Assembly (NCBI GenBank): GCA_929200405.1
Contig: CAKMZF010000003.1
Location: 1-47,624 of the forward strand
Source: an uncultured Gammaproteobacteria bacterium
GTDB lineage: Bacteria > Pseudomonadota > Gammaproteobacteria > Cardiobacteriales > CAKMZF01
Length of the DNA stretch: 47,624 bases
Direction of reading: 5' to 3'
In this document: positions 19,708-27,950 of the stretch, piece after piece
How positions within the stretch are numbered: position 1 is the stretch's first letter
How the letters are laid out: every line of letters begins with the position of its first letter
Translations under genes and position numbers: made by a program
The notes under the pieces: generated by a model
What the model was told of the DNA's origin: nothing
Databases searched by the model: none
The model's input: the letters and a program-made list of their open reading frames with translations, nothing else

Positions 19708-19758
19708 TAATAATCTAGAAGTACGTAATACCGAATTTAAGACATTTTGGAGAGTAAG

Positions 19759-21384
19759 ATGGCAACTGTTGATACTGCAGATCATCACGATAATCATGGG
19801 CATGACGATCATCATGGTCCAGAGCCGGGTATAATGCGATGGTTCAAAACAACCAACCATAAAGACCTTGGTACGCTCTATTTGATATTCGGTCTGACGA
19901 TGTTTTTCATCGGTGGTGCGATGGCGATGATTATTCGTCTGGAGCTATTTCAGCCCGGTATTCAATTTGTAGACCCTTACTTTTTTAACCAAATGACGAC
20001 AATGCATGCGATTGTGATGATTTTTGGTGGTGTTATGCCGGCCTTTACAGGTTTGGCAAACTGGATGATCCCGATGATGATTGGCGCATCAGACATGGCT
20101 TTGCCACGTATTAATAACTGGGGTTTTTGGCTGTTACCAGCTGCGTTTTTGTTGTTCTTATCAACATTATTCATGAGTGGTGGTGGTCCTGCTGGCGGTT
20201 GGACATTATATCCTCCTTTGGTATTGCAGACAGGTGATGCATTCCCATTCGTTATTTTCTCAATTCATATGATGGGCATTTCATCAATTCTGGGTGCTAT
20301 TAATGTTATCGCAACTGTTATTAATTTACGTGCACCGGGCATGACATTAATGCGTATGCCAATCTTTGTATGGACTTGGTTAATTACTGCTTTCTTATTA
20401 TTATTGGCAATGCCTGTTTTAGCAGGTGCGGTAACGATGTTGCTTACAGATCGTTTCTTTGATACTACATTTTTCTCAGCTGCTGGTGGTGGTGATCCGG
20501 TTATGTTCCAGCATATTTTCTGGTTCTTTGGTCATCCAGAGGTGTATATCATCATTTTGCCTGCGTTTGGTATTGTTTCTCAGATCATACCTACTTTTTC
20601 TCGCAAACCTCTATTTGGTTATGCGTCTATGGTTTATGCAACAGCATCTATCGCATTTCTATCTGCAATTGTATGGGCGCACCATATGTTTACAGTTGGT
20701 ATGCCGCTCGCAGGTGAGTTGTACTTTATGTTTGCAACGGTAATGATCGCGGTGCCGACAGGGGTGAAAGTCTTTAACTGGACTGCAACGATGTGGAGAG
20801 GTTCGATAACATTTGAAGCGCCTATGCTTTGGTCTATAGCGTTTGTTATCTTATTTACTTGTGGTGGTTTCTCAGGTCTTATGCTTGGAATCGGACCAGC
20901 TGATTTTCAATATCATGATACTTATTTTGTAGTAGCGCATTTCCATTATGTTCTTGTAACTGGTGCGGTGTTCTCTTTGATGGCAGCTGGTTATTATTGG
21001 ATGCCAAAGTGGACAGGGCATATGTATAATGAGAAAATTGCTAAGGCACACTTCTGGATTTCAACAATTAGTGTCAATGTGTTGTTCTTTCCACAACATT
21101 TCTTAGGCCTTGCTGGTATGCCGCGTCGTATTCCAGATTACAACCCACAGTTTGCTGAGTTTAATATGATCTCTTCAATCGGTGGTTTTGTATTTGGTAT
21201 ATCTCAGCTGTTGTTTGTTTGGTGTTTAATTAAGTGTATTCGTGGTGGTGATAAAGCAACTTCTCAGGTTTGGGAAGGTGCGCAAGGCTTGGAGTGGGAA
21301 TTGGACTCTCCTCCGGCGTATCATACTTTTGAGACGCCTCCGTCGGAAGAGTTGATTATCAAGCACGCACCTACAGCACATTAA
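19759..21384 (+). CDS. coxA: Cytochrome c oxidase subunit I
   Basis: 541-aa, 12-TM heme-copper oxidase core with TTNHKDLGTLYL, WFFGHPEVYI and HHMFTVG. I take the start at ATG 19759 after ggagag. Confidence 0.95.
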   Translation: MATVDTADHHDNHGHDDHHGPEPGIMRWFKTTNHKDLGTLYLIFGLTMFFIGGAMAMIIRLELFQPGIQFVDPYFFNQMTTMHAIVMIFGGVMPAFTGLANWMIPMMIGASDMALPRINNWGFWLLPAAFLLFLSTLFMSGGGPAGGWTLYPPLVLQTGDAFPFVIFSIHMMGISSILGAINVIATVINLRAPGMTLMRMPIFVWTWLITAFLLLLAMPVLAGAVTMLLTDRFFDTTFFSAAGGGDPVMFQHIFWFFGHPEVYIIILPAFGIVSQIIPTFSRKPLFGYASMVYATASIAFLSAIVWAHHMFTVGMPLAGELYFMFATVMIAVPTGVKVFNWTATMWRGSITFEAPMLWSIAFVILFTCGGFSGLMLGIGPADFQYHDTYFVVAHFHYVLVTGAVFSLMAAGYYWMPKWTGHMYNEKIAKAHFWISTISVNVLFFPQHFLGLAGMPRRIPDYNPQFAEFNMISSIGGFVFGISQLLFVWCLIKCIRGGDKATSQVWEGAQGLEWELDSPPAYHTFETPPSEELIIKHAPTAH

Positions 21385-21414
21385 TGCCGCAATAGAAGTT
21401 GATAGGTGTAAATT

Positions 21415-21540
21415 GTGGCAGTGAGTGAAGATAAAACTAAGACAAGTTCGTCAAGCGTTTTGACAACAGCTGTTACCTTAGTCGCTTTTGTCTTAGTTTT
21501 GTATATAGGCTTCTTTTTTATTATGTGGTCCAGAACTTAG
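21415..21540 (+). CDS. Candidate small single-TM protein in the coxA-ctaG gap (41 aa, not in the ORF track)
   Basis: A GTG start at 21415 is preceded by aggtg at 21404-21408. The translation is VAVSEDKTKTSSSSVLTTAVTLVAFVLVLYIGFFFIMWSRT, a polar head followed by one hydrophobic helix. It sits in the 201-nt coxA-ctaG gap, leaving 30 nt before it and 45 nt after it. Confidence 0.4.
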   Translation: MAVSEDKTKTSSSSVLTTAVTLVAFVLVLYIGFFFIMWSRT

Positions 21541-21585
21541 ATTCGTATTGAAGTCTTTGGAATACAATGACCGTAAGGACAAATT

Positions 21586-22164
21586 TTGTCAGAGTCGAAG
21601 CTAGCAAGCCAAGAGCATAAAGGCGGATCGGAGCAGGCAAAGAAAAATGCACCGCTTGTAGCAAAACTGCTAATAGGTGTCGTGTTAATGTTTGGCTTCG
21701 GCTACGCTTTAGTGCCTTTGTATGACATATTATGTGATATTACAGGATTAGGTGGCAAGGCAGGAAATAATACTCAGATTTCTGAGCAAGAGATTGATAG
21801 TAAAGCTATTGACTACTCTAGAACAGTTACCGTTGAGTTTGTTGCTAATAATTATATGCAAGGACGATGGCGATTTGAGCCGGGTGAGTACAAAGTAGAA
21901 GTGCATCCTGGTGAGTTTACTGAAACACATTTTGTTGCAGAGAACTTATTAAAGACGGAGCAGTCAGTGCGACCTTCATACAATTTAGCTCCAGCGGAGT
22001 CTTCTTTGTATTTTCAAAAGATACAATGCTTCTGTTTTACAGAGCAAGAGTTTGAAGGCAACGAAGTAAAGAGAATGCCGGTGATTTTTAGAATTAAACC
22101 GGATTTGCCAAAACATATCAGCACGATTACTTTGGCATATCAATTAAACCATTTGGATAAATAA
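21586..22164 (+). CDS. ctaG: Cytochrome c oxidase assembly protein CtaG/Cox11 (CuB insertion)
   Basis: Motifs FGFGYALVPLYDILCDITGLGGK and YFQKIQCFCFTEQ are present. The start appears to be TTG, preceded by aaggac. Confidence 0.85.
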   Translation: MSESKLASQEHKGGSEQAKKNAPLVAKLLIGVVLMFGFGYALVPLYDILCDITGLGGKAGNNTQISEQEIDSKAIDYSRTVTVEFVANNYMQGRWRFEPGEYKVEVHPGEFTETHFVAENLLKTEQSVRPSYNLAPAESSLYFQKIQCFCFTEQEFEGNEVKRMPVIFRIKPDLPKHISTITLAYQLNHLDK

Positions 22165-22184
22165 CGACTTTTGAGAGAAAACCT

Positions 22185-23054
22185 ATGAGTGTGAAATCAG
22201 ATTCCTCTATCTACTATGTCCCACATGGTAGTATGATCCCAACATTGGCGACAATCGCCTTATTGTTCTTAATGTATGGTTTGTCTTCATGGATGAATGG
22301 CGGAACAAATGTTGTTTTCTATCTTGGTCTAGTTGCTTTAATTGCTGTTGTCTGGCGTTGGTTTAGCGTGGTAATTAATGAGAGTGTTAGTGGTAAATAC
22401 AATGCTCAGGTTGACCGTACGTTCCGCCAGAGTATGGCGTGGTTTATATTCTCAGAAGTGTTTTTCTTCGCAGCTTTCTTTGGTGCACTTTTCTATGCCA
22501 GGCATTATTCTGTAGGTTGGATAGGTGGCCTTTCAGCTGAAAAGTATCACACTCATGAGCTTTTATACCCGACATTTGAAGCGATCTGGCCTACAAATGG
22601 ACCTGAAAATATGGGCGGTGATTTCAAGGCAATGGGTCCTTGGCCACTGCCAACCATAAATACACTAATTCTATTAACCTCCGGTGTCACTTTGACTTGG
22701 GCGCATTGGGGAATGGCAAAAGGCGATAGAGTGCAGTTATCAAAAGGCTTGCTTGTCACTGTTATTCTTGGTTTTATCTTCCTATGCTGTCAAGCTTATG
22801 AGTACTATGAAGCTTATGCGCACTTGGGTTTAACGCTAGGTACCGGCATTTATGGTAGCACATTCTTCATGATGACTGGTTTCCACGGTTTGCACGTGTT
22901 GCTTGGAACAGTCATGCTGTTGGTGGTTTATCTCAGAGTTTTAAAGGGTCACTTCAGTCATGAGAATCATTTTGCCTTTGAAGCTGCCGCTTGGTATTGG
23001 CATTTTGTAGATGTGGTTTGGCTATTGTTGTATCTATTCGTTTACATAATCTAA
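22185..23054 (+). CDS. coxC: Cytochrome c oxidase subunit III
   Basis: 289 aa with 7 TM and the C-terminal motifs GFHGLHVLLGT and AAWYWHFVDVVWL. Confidence 0.9.
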   Translation: MSVKSDSSIYYVPHGSMIPTLATIALLFLMYGLSSWMNGGTNVVFYLGLVALIAVVWRWFSVVINESVSGKYNAQVDRTFRQSMAWFIFSEVFFFAAFFGALFYARHYSVGWIGGLSAEKYHTHELLYPTFEAIWPTNGPENMGGDFKAMGPWPLPTINTLILLTSGVTLTWAHWGMAKGDRVQLSKGLLVTVILGFIFLCCQAYEYYEAYAHLGLTLGTGIYGSTFFMMTGFHGLHVLLGTVMLLVVYLRVLKGHFSHENHFAFEAAAWYWHFVDVVWLLLYLFVYII

Positions 23055-23063
23055 TAGAAGTAA

Positions 23064-23090
23064 TAAAAAAAGGGCGGAAGCCCTTTTTTT
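23064..23090. terminator. Bidirectional rho-independent terminator between convergent coxC and the DUF2909-like gene
   Basis: The sequence is aaaaaaaa GGGC ggaa GCCC ttttttt. A short GC stem is flanked by an A-run on one side and a T-run on the other, so it reads as a terminator on both strands. Confidence 0.65.
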
Positions 23091-23130
23091 ATGTGTGCAT
23101 TTTAATTAATGCCATCTCAATGTGTAAGGC

Positions 23131-23337
23131 TTAGAGGGTGTGAGGTTGTAGGTATCCGAAGAAGGACGCGATTATAATCAGAATAAAAATCGCTAGTGAT
23201 AGGGCAACTCGCCAAGTAAGCGATTTCACGATTTTTTTCTGATTTTCTGGATCTTTTGCAGTGAGGTTCCGCATGCTTACAAATAAGCTGATAATGACAC
23301 ATAGCAGTAAAACAATGAGTATGGTTTTAATAATCAT
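23131..23337 (-). CDS. Twin transmembrane helix small protein (DUF2909 / HIG1-like), cytochrome oxidase cluster-associated
   Basis: 68 aa with two hydrophobic helices separated by the basic loop RNLTAKDPENQKKIVKSLTWR. An AAGGA SD lies upstream of the ATG. Its position between coxC and SURF1 is typical of proteobacterial aa3 clusters. Confidence 0.7.
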   Translation of the reverse strand: MIIKTILIVLLLCVIISLFVSMRNLTAKDPENQKKIVKSLTWRVALSLAIFILIIIASFFGYLQPHTL

Positions 23338-23435
23338 CTAAATCCTTGATTTGAAGTTGATATAACAGGAGCGTTATTATACGTCTGTTATATCGTTGGC
23401 AAACAATATTCCCAATATCGTTAGAATTTTTCACT

Positions 23436-24218
23436 ATGACAAATCTACAAATAAGGGCTACTAAAAAGCTAGATATAAAATCGATTGTGATTATACATTT
23501 GCTGGCAGTGCTTGGTTTAGTCTTTTTCTGCAGCCTCGGTTTTTGGCAATTAGATAGGGCGAATGAAAAAGCTTTGTTGCAGACGAAGTTCCAACAGAAC
23601 GAAAACCAAGTTGCCGAAGCAATTAGCAGTTCCCAAGATTTCAAAGCGGCTGCAAACTTTCAAACCTTATCTGTATTGGCTAAATGGCAACCAGAAGCAA
23701 CTTTTTTGCTAGATAGTCAAATTCATGATGGCAAAGTTGGTGTTTATGTTTTTACCCCTATTACTCTCGGGGAGGATTGGTTGTTGGTGAATAGAGGTTT
23801 CTTGCCTTTACCTGCAAGTCGACAGTTTTTAGAATCAGATATTAAACGAATTGGCCTGATTGAGGGAGCTAATAAAGTAGCAGATATTCTTGCCAAGAAA
23901 TGGCTATGGCCTGAGGTTGGTATGACGCTAGAGGCAGAACAGTTTCAAAAGCAAGACTTGACATGGTGGGGAAATATTACAGCAGAGGCGTTAGTCAAAC
24001 ATTACGGTATTGCATCTGGTCGGTTATTGACAGAAATTTTATTATTGGATCCTTCTGAGGCAAATGGCTTTCAGAGAAATTTTGAAATTGTTAACCGATC
24101 TTTTGGGCCAGAGAAACATCGTGCTTATGCAATACAGTGGTTTTCATTTGCTGTTATTATTATTTTGCTGCTTATCGGGTATTGGCTTAGGTTACGTAAA
24201 AATCCACTACAATCTTAA
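23436..24218 (+). CDS. SURF1 family cytochrome oxidase biogenesis protein
   Basis: 260 aa with N- and C-terminal TM helices. It has the LGFWQLDRANEK motif and the C-terminal HRAYAIQWFSFA motif. Confidence 0.8.
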   Translation: MTNLQIRATKKLDIKSIVIIHLLAVLGLVFFCSLGFWQLDRANEKALLQTKFQQNENQVAEAISSSQDFKAAANFQTLSVLAKWQPEATFLLDSQIHDGKVGVYVFTPITLGEDWLLVNRGFLPLPASRQFLESDIKRIGLIEGANKVADILAKKWLWPEVGMTLEAEQFQKQDLTWWGNITAEALVKHYGIASGRLLTEILLLDPSEANGFQRNFEIVNRSFGPEKHRAYAIQWFSFAVIIILLLIGYWLRLRKNPLQS

Positions 24219-24304
24219 GAGCAAAGCCTGTAGAATGCGCAGCCACAAATTCACGATATGTGGCTTAGACACATGTTTTTTAACTTATCTATTTAGAACG
24301 TTTT

Positions 24305-24877
24305 ATGAAAAAACAATTATTGTTGATTGTTCTGGTTTGCACCGCGCCAATAATCTTGGCAAATGCGATGTTTTATTTCTGGGAAAGCAAAGGTGGTTAT
24401 CAGCATGGTGAGTTGCTTACACCCGTTATTCCTCTTGAAAATGTTAGTGCGCAGAAGATCCCAAACAAAGAATTAGTTGATTTGAAAGCATTGCAAGGAA
24501 AATGGCGCTTGATTGCTATTGCGGATATGAATAGTTGTAATCAAGCTTGTGAGTTAGAGCTGATTGAGATGCGTCAGATCAAGCTCTCTATGGGTGAAGA
24601 TTTGCAGAGATTAAAGAATACGCTATTGCTTATTGAGCCAATGACAGCTGAGAATCAGCAGAAATATCTGAAGGCGTTCCCATTATTTGATATTCTCGAA
24701 AATGCTGATGAAATTATATCACAGGTGCAAACGGCTTTTTCATTAGAAAATGCTAGGGACGGAGTATTTTTAATTGATCCGCTCGGCAATATTGTGATGC
24801 GTTATCCTCTTGGTTCAGGTCCAAAAGGGAAAAGCAAAGATTTGCATCGACTCTTTAAATATAATCAGTTGGGTTAG
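24305..24877 (+). CDS. Membrane-anchored thioredoxin-fold / SCO-like protein with a CxxxC motif (conserved cox-cluster hypothetical)
   Basis: 190 aa with one N-terminal TM helix. It has C78-N-Q-A-C82 followed by an SCO-like strand, VFLIDPLGNIVMRY. Its stop lies 3 nt before ctaA. Confidence 0.55.
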   Translation: MKKQLLLIVLVCTAPIILANAMFYFWESKGGYQHGELLTPVIPLENVSAQKIPNKELVDLKALQGKWRLIAIADMNSCNQACELELIEMRQIKLSMGEDLQRLKNTLLLIEPMTAENQQKYLKAFPLFDILENADEIISQVQTAFSLENARDGVFLIDPLGNIVMRYPLGSGPKGKSKDLHRLFKYNQLG

Positions 24878-24880
24878 GCT

Positions 24881-25876
24881 ATGAAAACAGCATTTAAATG
24901 GCTAAGTTTTATCGCTTGTTGTATCGCTATGATTGTTATAATGAAAGGGGCGTATGTTAGGTTATCAGACGCAGGGCTTGGTTGTCCAGATTGGCCTGGT
25001 TGTTATGGGCACATAGCAGTCCCTAATACTGCGGATGAATTGGCGGCTGCCAATGAAAATTACACTCGTCCGGTAGAGCCTGTGAAAGCATGGAAGGAAA
25101 TGATACATCGCTATCTTGCTTCATTCCTAGGGCTAGTGATTCTAGGTTTGTTGTTTTTAGCTTATGGACTGAAAAAACGCGGCGAAGAAGTGAGCTTGAT
25201 TTGGCCTTGGCTCTTGGTGACCTTGGTTATATTCCAAGGTTTGCTGGGTATGTGGACTGTGACCCTGAATGTTAAGCCAGCCATTGTTACTGCGCACTTA
25301 ATTTTTGGTTTTGCTACAGCAGCAGGGCTGTGGAGCTTATTTTTGAGCCAAAGGTCGGAGCGCTATATTGTACAACCTCAAGCTTTTCGCAGTTCAATAA
25401 TTCTTGGTTTGCTATTATTGATTGGGCAGATATTTTTAGGCGGCTGGGTCAGCACTAATTACTCTGCTTTGGCTTGCATAACCTTCCCTGGATGTAACAT
25501 TGGTAATCCATGGCCTAAAATGGACTTTAGTGAAGGTTTTGTGCTTTGGCGCGGTCTAGGGCAGGATTATGAGTTTGGCGTTTTAGATTCAACAGCTAGA
25601 ATGGCTGTGCATATGACGCATCGTCTAGGTGCAGTTATTGTAGGGTTGTATTGGTTATGGCTATCAATAAGAATAATCCGCAACGGCACTGGATCTATAG
25701 TGATAGTCTCAGGTCTTACATTGCTATTAATCACGCTACAGTGGGGTTTGGGTATCTCTAATATATTGATGAGTTTGCCAATAGCAATAGCGGTGGCGCA
25801 TAATGGTGTGGCTGCATTGCTAGTACTGACCGCGATTACCTTATTGTTTTATGCTAAGCCTCCTAGCCAGAATTAG
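24881..25876 (+). CDS. ctaA: Heme A synthase (COX15/CtaA)
   Basis: 331 aa with 8 TM. It has GLGCPDWPGCYG near the N-terminus, conserved His residues in paired helices (TAHL, AVHMTHR, VAHNG), and the expected cluster context. Confidence 0.85.
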   Translation: MKTAFKWLSFIACCIAMIVIMKGAYVRLSDAGLGCPDWPGCYGHIAVPNTADELAAANENYTRPVEPVKAWKEMIHRYLASFLGLVILGLLFLAYGLKKRGEEVSLIWPWLLVTLVIFQGLLGMWTVTLNVKPAIVTAHLIFGFATAAGLWSLFLSQRSERYIVQPQAFRSSIILGLLLLIGQIFLGGWVSTNYSALACITFPGCNIGNPWPKMDFSEGFVLWRGLGQDYEFGVLDSTARMAVHMTHRLGAVIVGLYWLWLSIRIIRNGTGSIVIVSGLTLLLITLQWGLGISNILMSLPIAIAVAHNGVAALLVLTAITLLFYAKPPSQN

Positions 25877-25879
25877 TCT

Positions 25880-26794
25880 ATGAGTACTGAAGAAAATTTG
25901 CAGGCTGGCAATATTTGGCAGCAGTATTACGAGCTGACCAAGCCACGTGTAGTGGCGTTGATTACATTTACTGCTATCGTTGGTATGCTAATGTCCGTAC
26001 CGGGTGCATTGCCATGGACTATCGTAGTCTTCGGTGTTCTGGGCATTTTTCTTGTTGCGGCTGGGGCGGCTGCTATTAACCAATTAGTTGATCGCCGTAT
26101 AGATGGCGAGATGAAGCGGACTCAGAGTCGGCCAATACCACAAGGGGCAATATCAACTACTCATGCACTTATCTTTGCATTGTCTATCAGCTTGTTGGGA
26201 GCGATATTGTTGTGGATATTTACTAACCCTCTGTGCACTATTCTGACGATGTTATCACTGCTAGGTTATGCGGTTATTTATACTATGTATCTTAAGCGAG
26301 CAACACCGCAGAATATTGTTATTGGGGGTGCAGCTGGCGCAGCGCCACCATTATTAGGTTGGGTCGCTGTTACCAATTCGGTTGACATCGGTGCCGTTAT
26401 TTTATTTATGATCATTTTTTTTTGGACGCCACCGCATTTTTGGGCGCTCGCCATACATCGAAAAGATGAGTATGCCAAAGTGAATATTCCTATGCTGCCA
26501 GTGACTCATGGGGTTGAGCTGACGCGGTTGCATATTTTGTTATATTCTATTTTGTTGGCTATGATTACCGTAATGCCCTATATGATAGGAATGAGTGGTC
26601 TACTGTACTTGGTGTCGGTCGTTTGGCTTAATGGTCGTTATATGTGGATGAATTTCACATTTTTTAAGACAGGCGATGATAGTAAAGCAATGCCATCTTT
26701 TGTTTACTCAATTAAATATCTGATGTATCTCTTCGCCGCATTGCTGATAGATCATTATTTGTATTACCATCCATTTGAGCAGATGTTTGGCTAA
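25880..26794 (+). CDS. cyoE: Protoheme IX farnesyltransferase (heme O synthase)
   Basis: 304-aa UbiA-type prenyltransferase with NQLVDRRIDGEMKRTQSRP and WTPPHFWALA. It directly follows ctaA. Confidence 0.9.
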   Translation: MSTEENLQAGNIWQQYYELTKPRVVALITFTAIVGMLMSVPGALPWTIVVFGVLGIFLVAAGAAAINQLVDRRIDGEMKRTQSRPIPQGAISTTHALIFALSISLLGAILLWIFTNPLCTILTMLSLLGYAVIYTMYLKRATPQNIVIGGAAGAAPPLLGWVAVTNSVDIGAVILFMIIFFWTPPHFWALAIHRKDEYAKVNIPMLPVTHGVELTRLHILLYSILLAMITVMPYMIGMSGLLYLVSVVWLNGRYMWMNFTFFKTGDDSKAMPSFVYSIKYLMYLFAALLIDHYLYYHPFEQMFG

Positions 26795-27904
26795 TTATTT
26801 TGATACTGGTTGAGGAATCGCTATCTTAACCCAAACAGGGTAATGATCAGAAACAGGCTTTTTATTTACGAAAAAGAGTGCGTTATTCAGATCGCTTCTA
26901 TCAGGCCAAAAAACCCCCGCTTCTTTACAGCATAAATTTTTAGCAGGTAATACATAATCAGCTCTAATTTTACCGAAGTTAAAGTTTGCGGTATAAGGTC
27001 TGCCGCTAGTAAATCGTTTTGCAGAAGGTGCTGGGTTAAATATCGAGGGATGATTTAGTAAGCCTTGAATCGTAGCTCTGTCACCATCTCCTCGTTCTGG
27101 ATCATTATTTAAGTCCCCTAATATGATAAAATTTTCTACGTTATAGAAACTGTCGCGATGGTTGTTACCAGCTGAAAATCCTCCTAGAAAACCGTTATCG
27201 TCTCGAATCTTACTTCGAGTGTCATTGCTAAGATACTCTTGCCAGAAAGCAATTTCTGCCGCGTTACGATGATAATTTCTGCGCTCAGGCCCATCAAATA
27301 CCGGAGGTGTGGGGTGAGAACAGAGGCAGTGCAGGGTGTGGTTGTCTGATAGTTGGACAGCTATATCCCAATGTGATTTTGAAGATAGTCGCAGTGATTC
27401 CTGCTCGACAGGCGTAAAATATTCTATGCTTTCATAACGGTTATCAGATTTGAGCGAAGGTAGGTAAGATGCTTTAAGGTCTTTCCATAGGAATTTCTGA
27501 AAAGTTCGACTGGCGGATTGGACAATGGGAAATCTTGAAAGTAATACCATGCCATACTGACCATTAAATAGTCCATAGCCGTAACCATCAGTGGGTAAAG
27601 TGATCTTGCCGTCTTTATTGAAATCTATTGGAGATATTACTCCGGTATTTACGGGTGCGCTGAAGTAGTACTGATAATGTTTGTTAGGTTCTAAATGTTG
27701 ATTGATATGGTCGATGAAATTATCGATGCTATCGTTGTTAGGAGAATAATCAAACTCATTGAGCAATATTATATCGGCATCAAGCGCCGCAATGATTTGA
27801 GCGATAGCTAGTATATGTGGGTCATTCTGGCGTATAGCTTGTACCAGTTGTCCTGCCTTTGATCTGCTTAAGCTGGTATTATAAGTCGCAATTTTGCAGA
27901 TCAT
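26795..27904 (-). CDS. Endonuclease/exonuclease/phosphatase (EEP) family hydrolase, substrate unknown
   Basis: EEP motifs are IATYNTS (N-terminal), DADIILLNEFDY, ILGDLNNDP and the C-terminal SDHYPVWVKI. I take the start at ATG 27904 (MICKIATYN). The track start at 28030 would overlap msbA by 80 nt. No signal peptide follows the shorter start. Confidence 0.7.
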   Translation of the reverse strand: MICKIATYNTSLSRSKAGQLVQAIRQNDPHILAIAQIIAALDADIILLNEFDYSPNNDSIDNFIDHINQHLEPNKHYQYYFSAPVNTGVISPIDFNKDGKITLPTDGYGYGLFNGQYGMVLLSRFPIVQSASRTFQKFLWKDLKASYLPSLKSDNRYESIEYFTPVEQESLRLSSKSHWDIAVQLSDNHTLHCLCSHPTPPVFDGPERRNYHRNAAEIAFWQEYLSNDTRSKIRDDNGFLGGFSAGNNHRDSFYNVENFIILGDLNNDPERGDGDRATIQGLLNHPSIFNPAPSAKRFTSGRPYTANFNFGKIRADYVLPAKNLCCKEAGVFWPDRSDLNNALFFVNKKPVSDHYPVWVKIAIPQPVSK

Positions 27905-27950
27905 AGTCGGGCGATTTTGCTCTATTATATCTGTTTTGGCTGAGCCTGAG

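Noticed and set aside
19759-19830. The His-rich N-terminus of CoxA (DHHDNHGHDDHH) as a special metal-binding extension.
   Set aside because: From memory, His/Asp-rich N-terminal tails are common in proteobacterial CoxA proteins, so this is not distinctive.
24241-24265. The hairpin AGCCACA-N11-TGTGGCT between SURF1 and the CxxxC gene.
   Set aside because: It has a 7-bp stem with a large loop, and the T-run is displaced by about 10 nt. That is not convincing as a terminator, and the genes are probably co-transcribed.
23327-24411. ORFs 23327..23644 (-), 24064..24411 (+) and 23117..23302 (-) around SURF1 and the DUF2909-like gene.
   Set aside because: Each overlaps a better-supported gene (SURF1, the CxxxC protein, the twin-TM protein) in another frame, and none has an SD or motifs.
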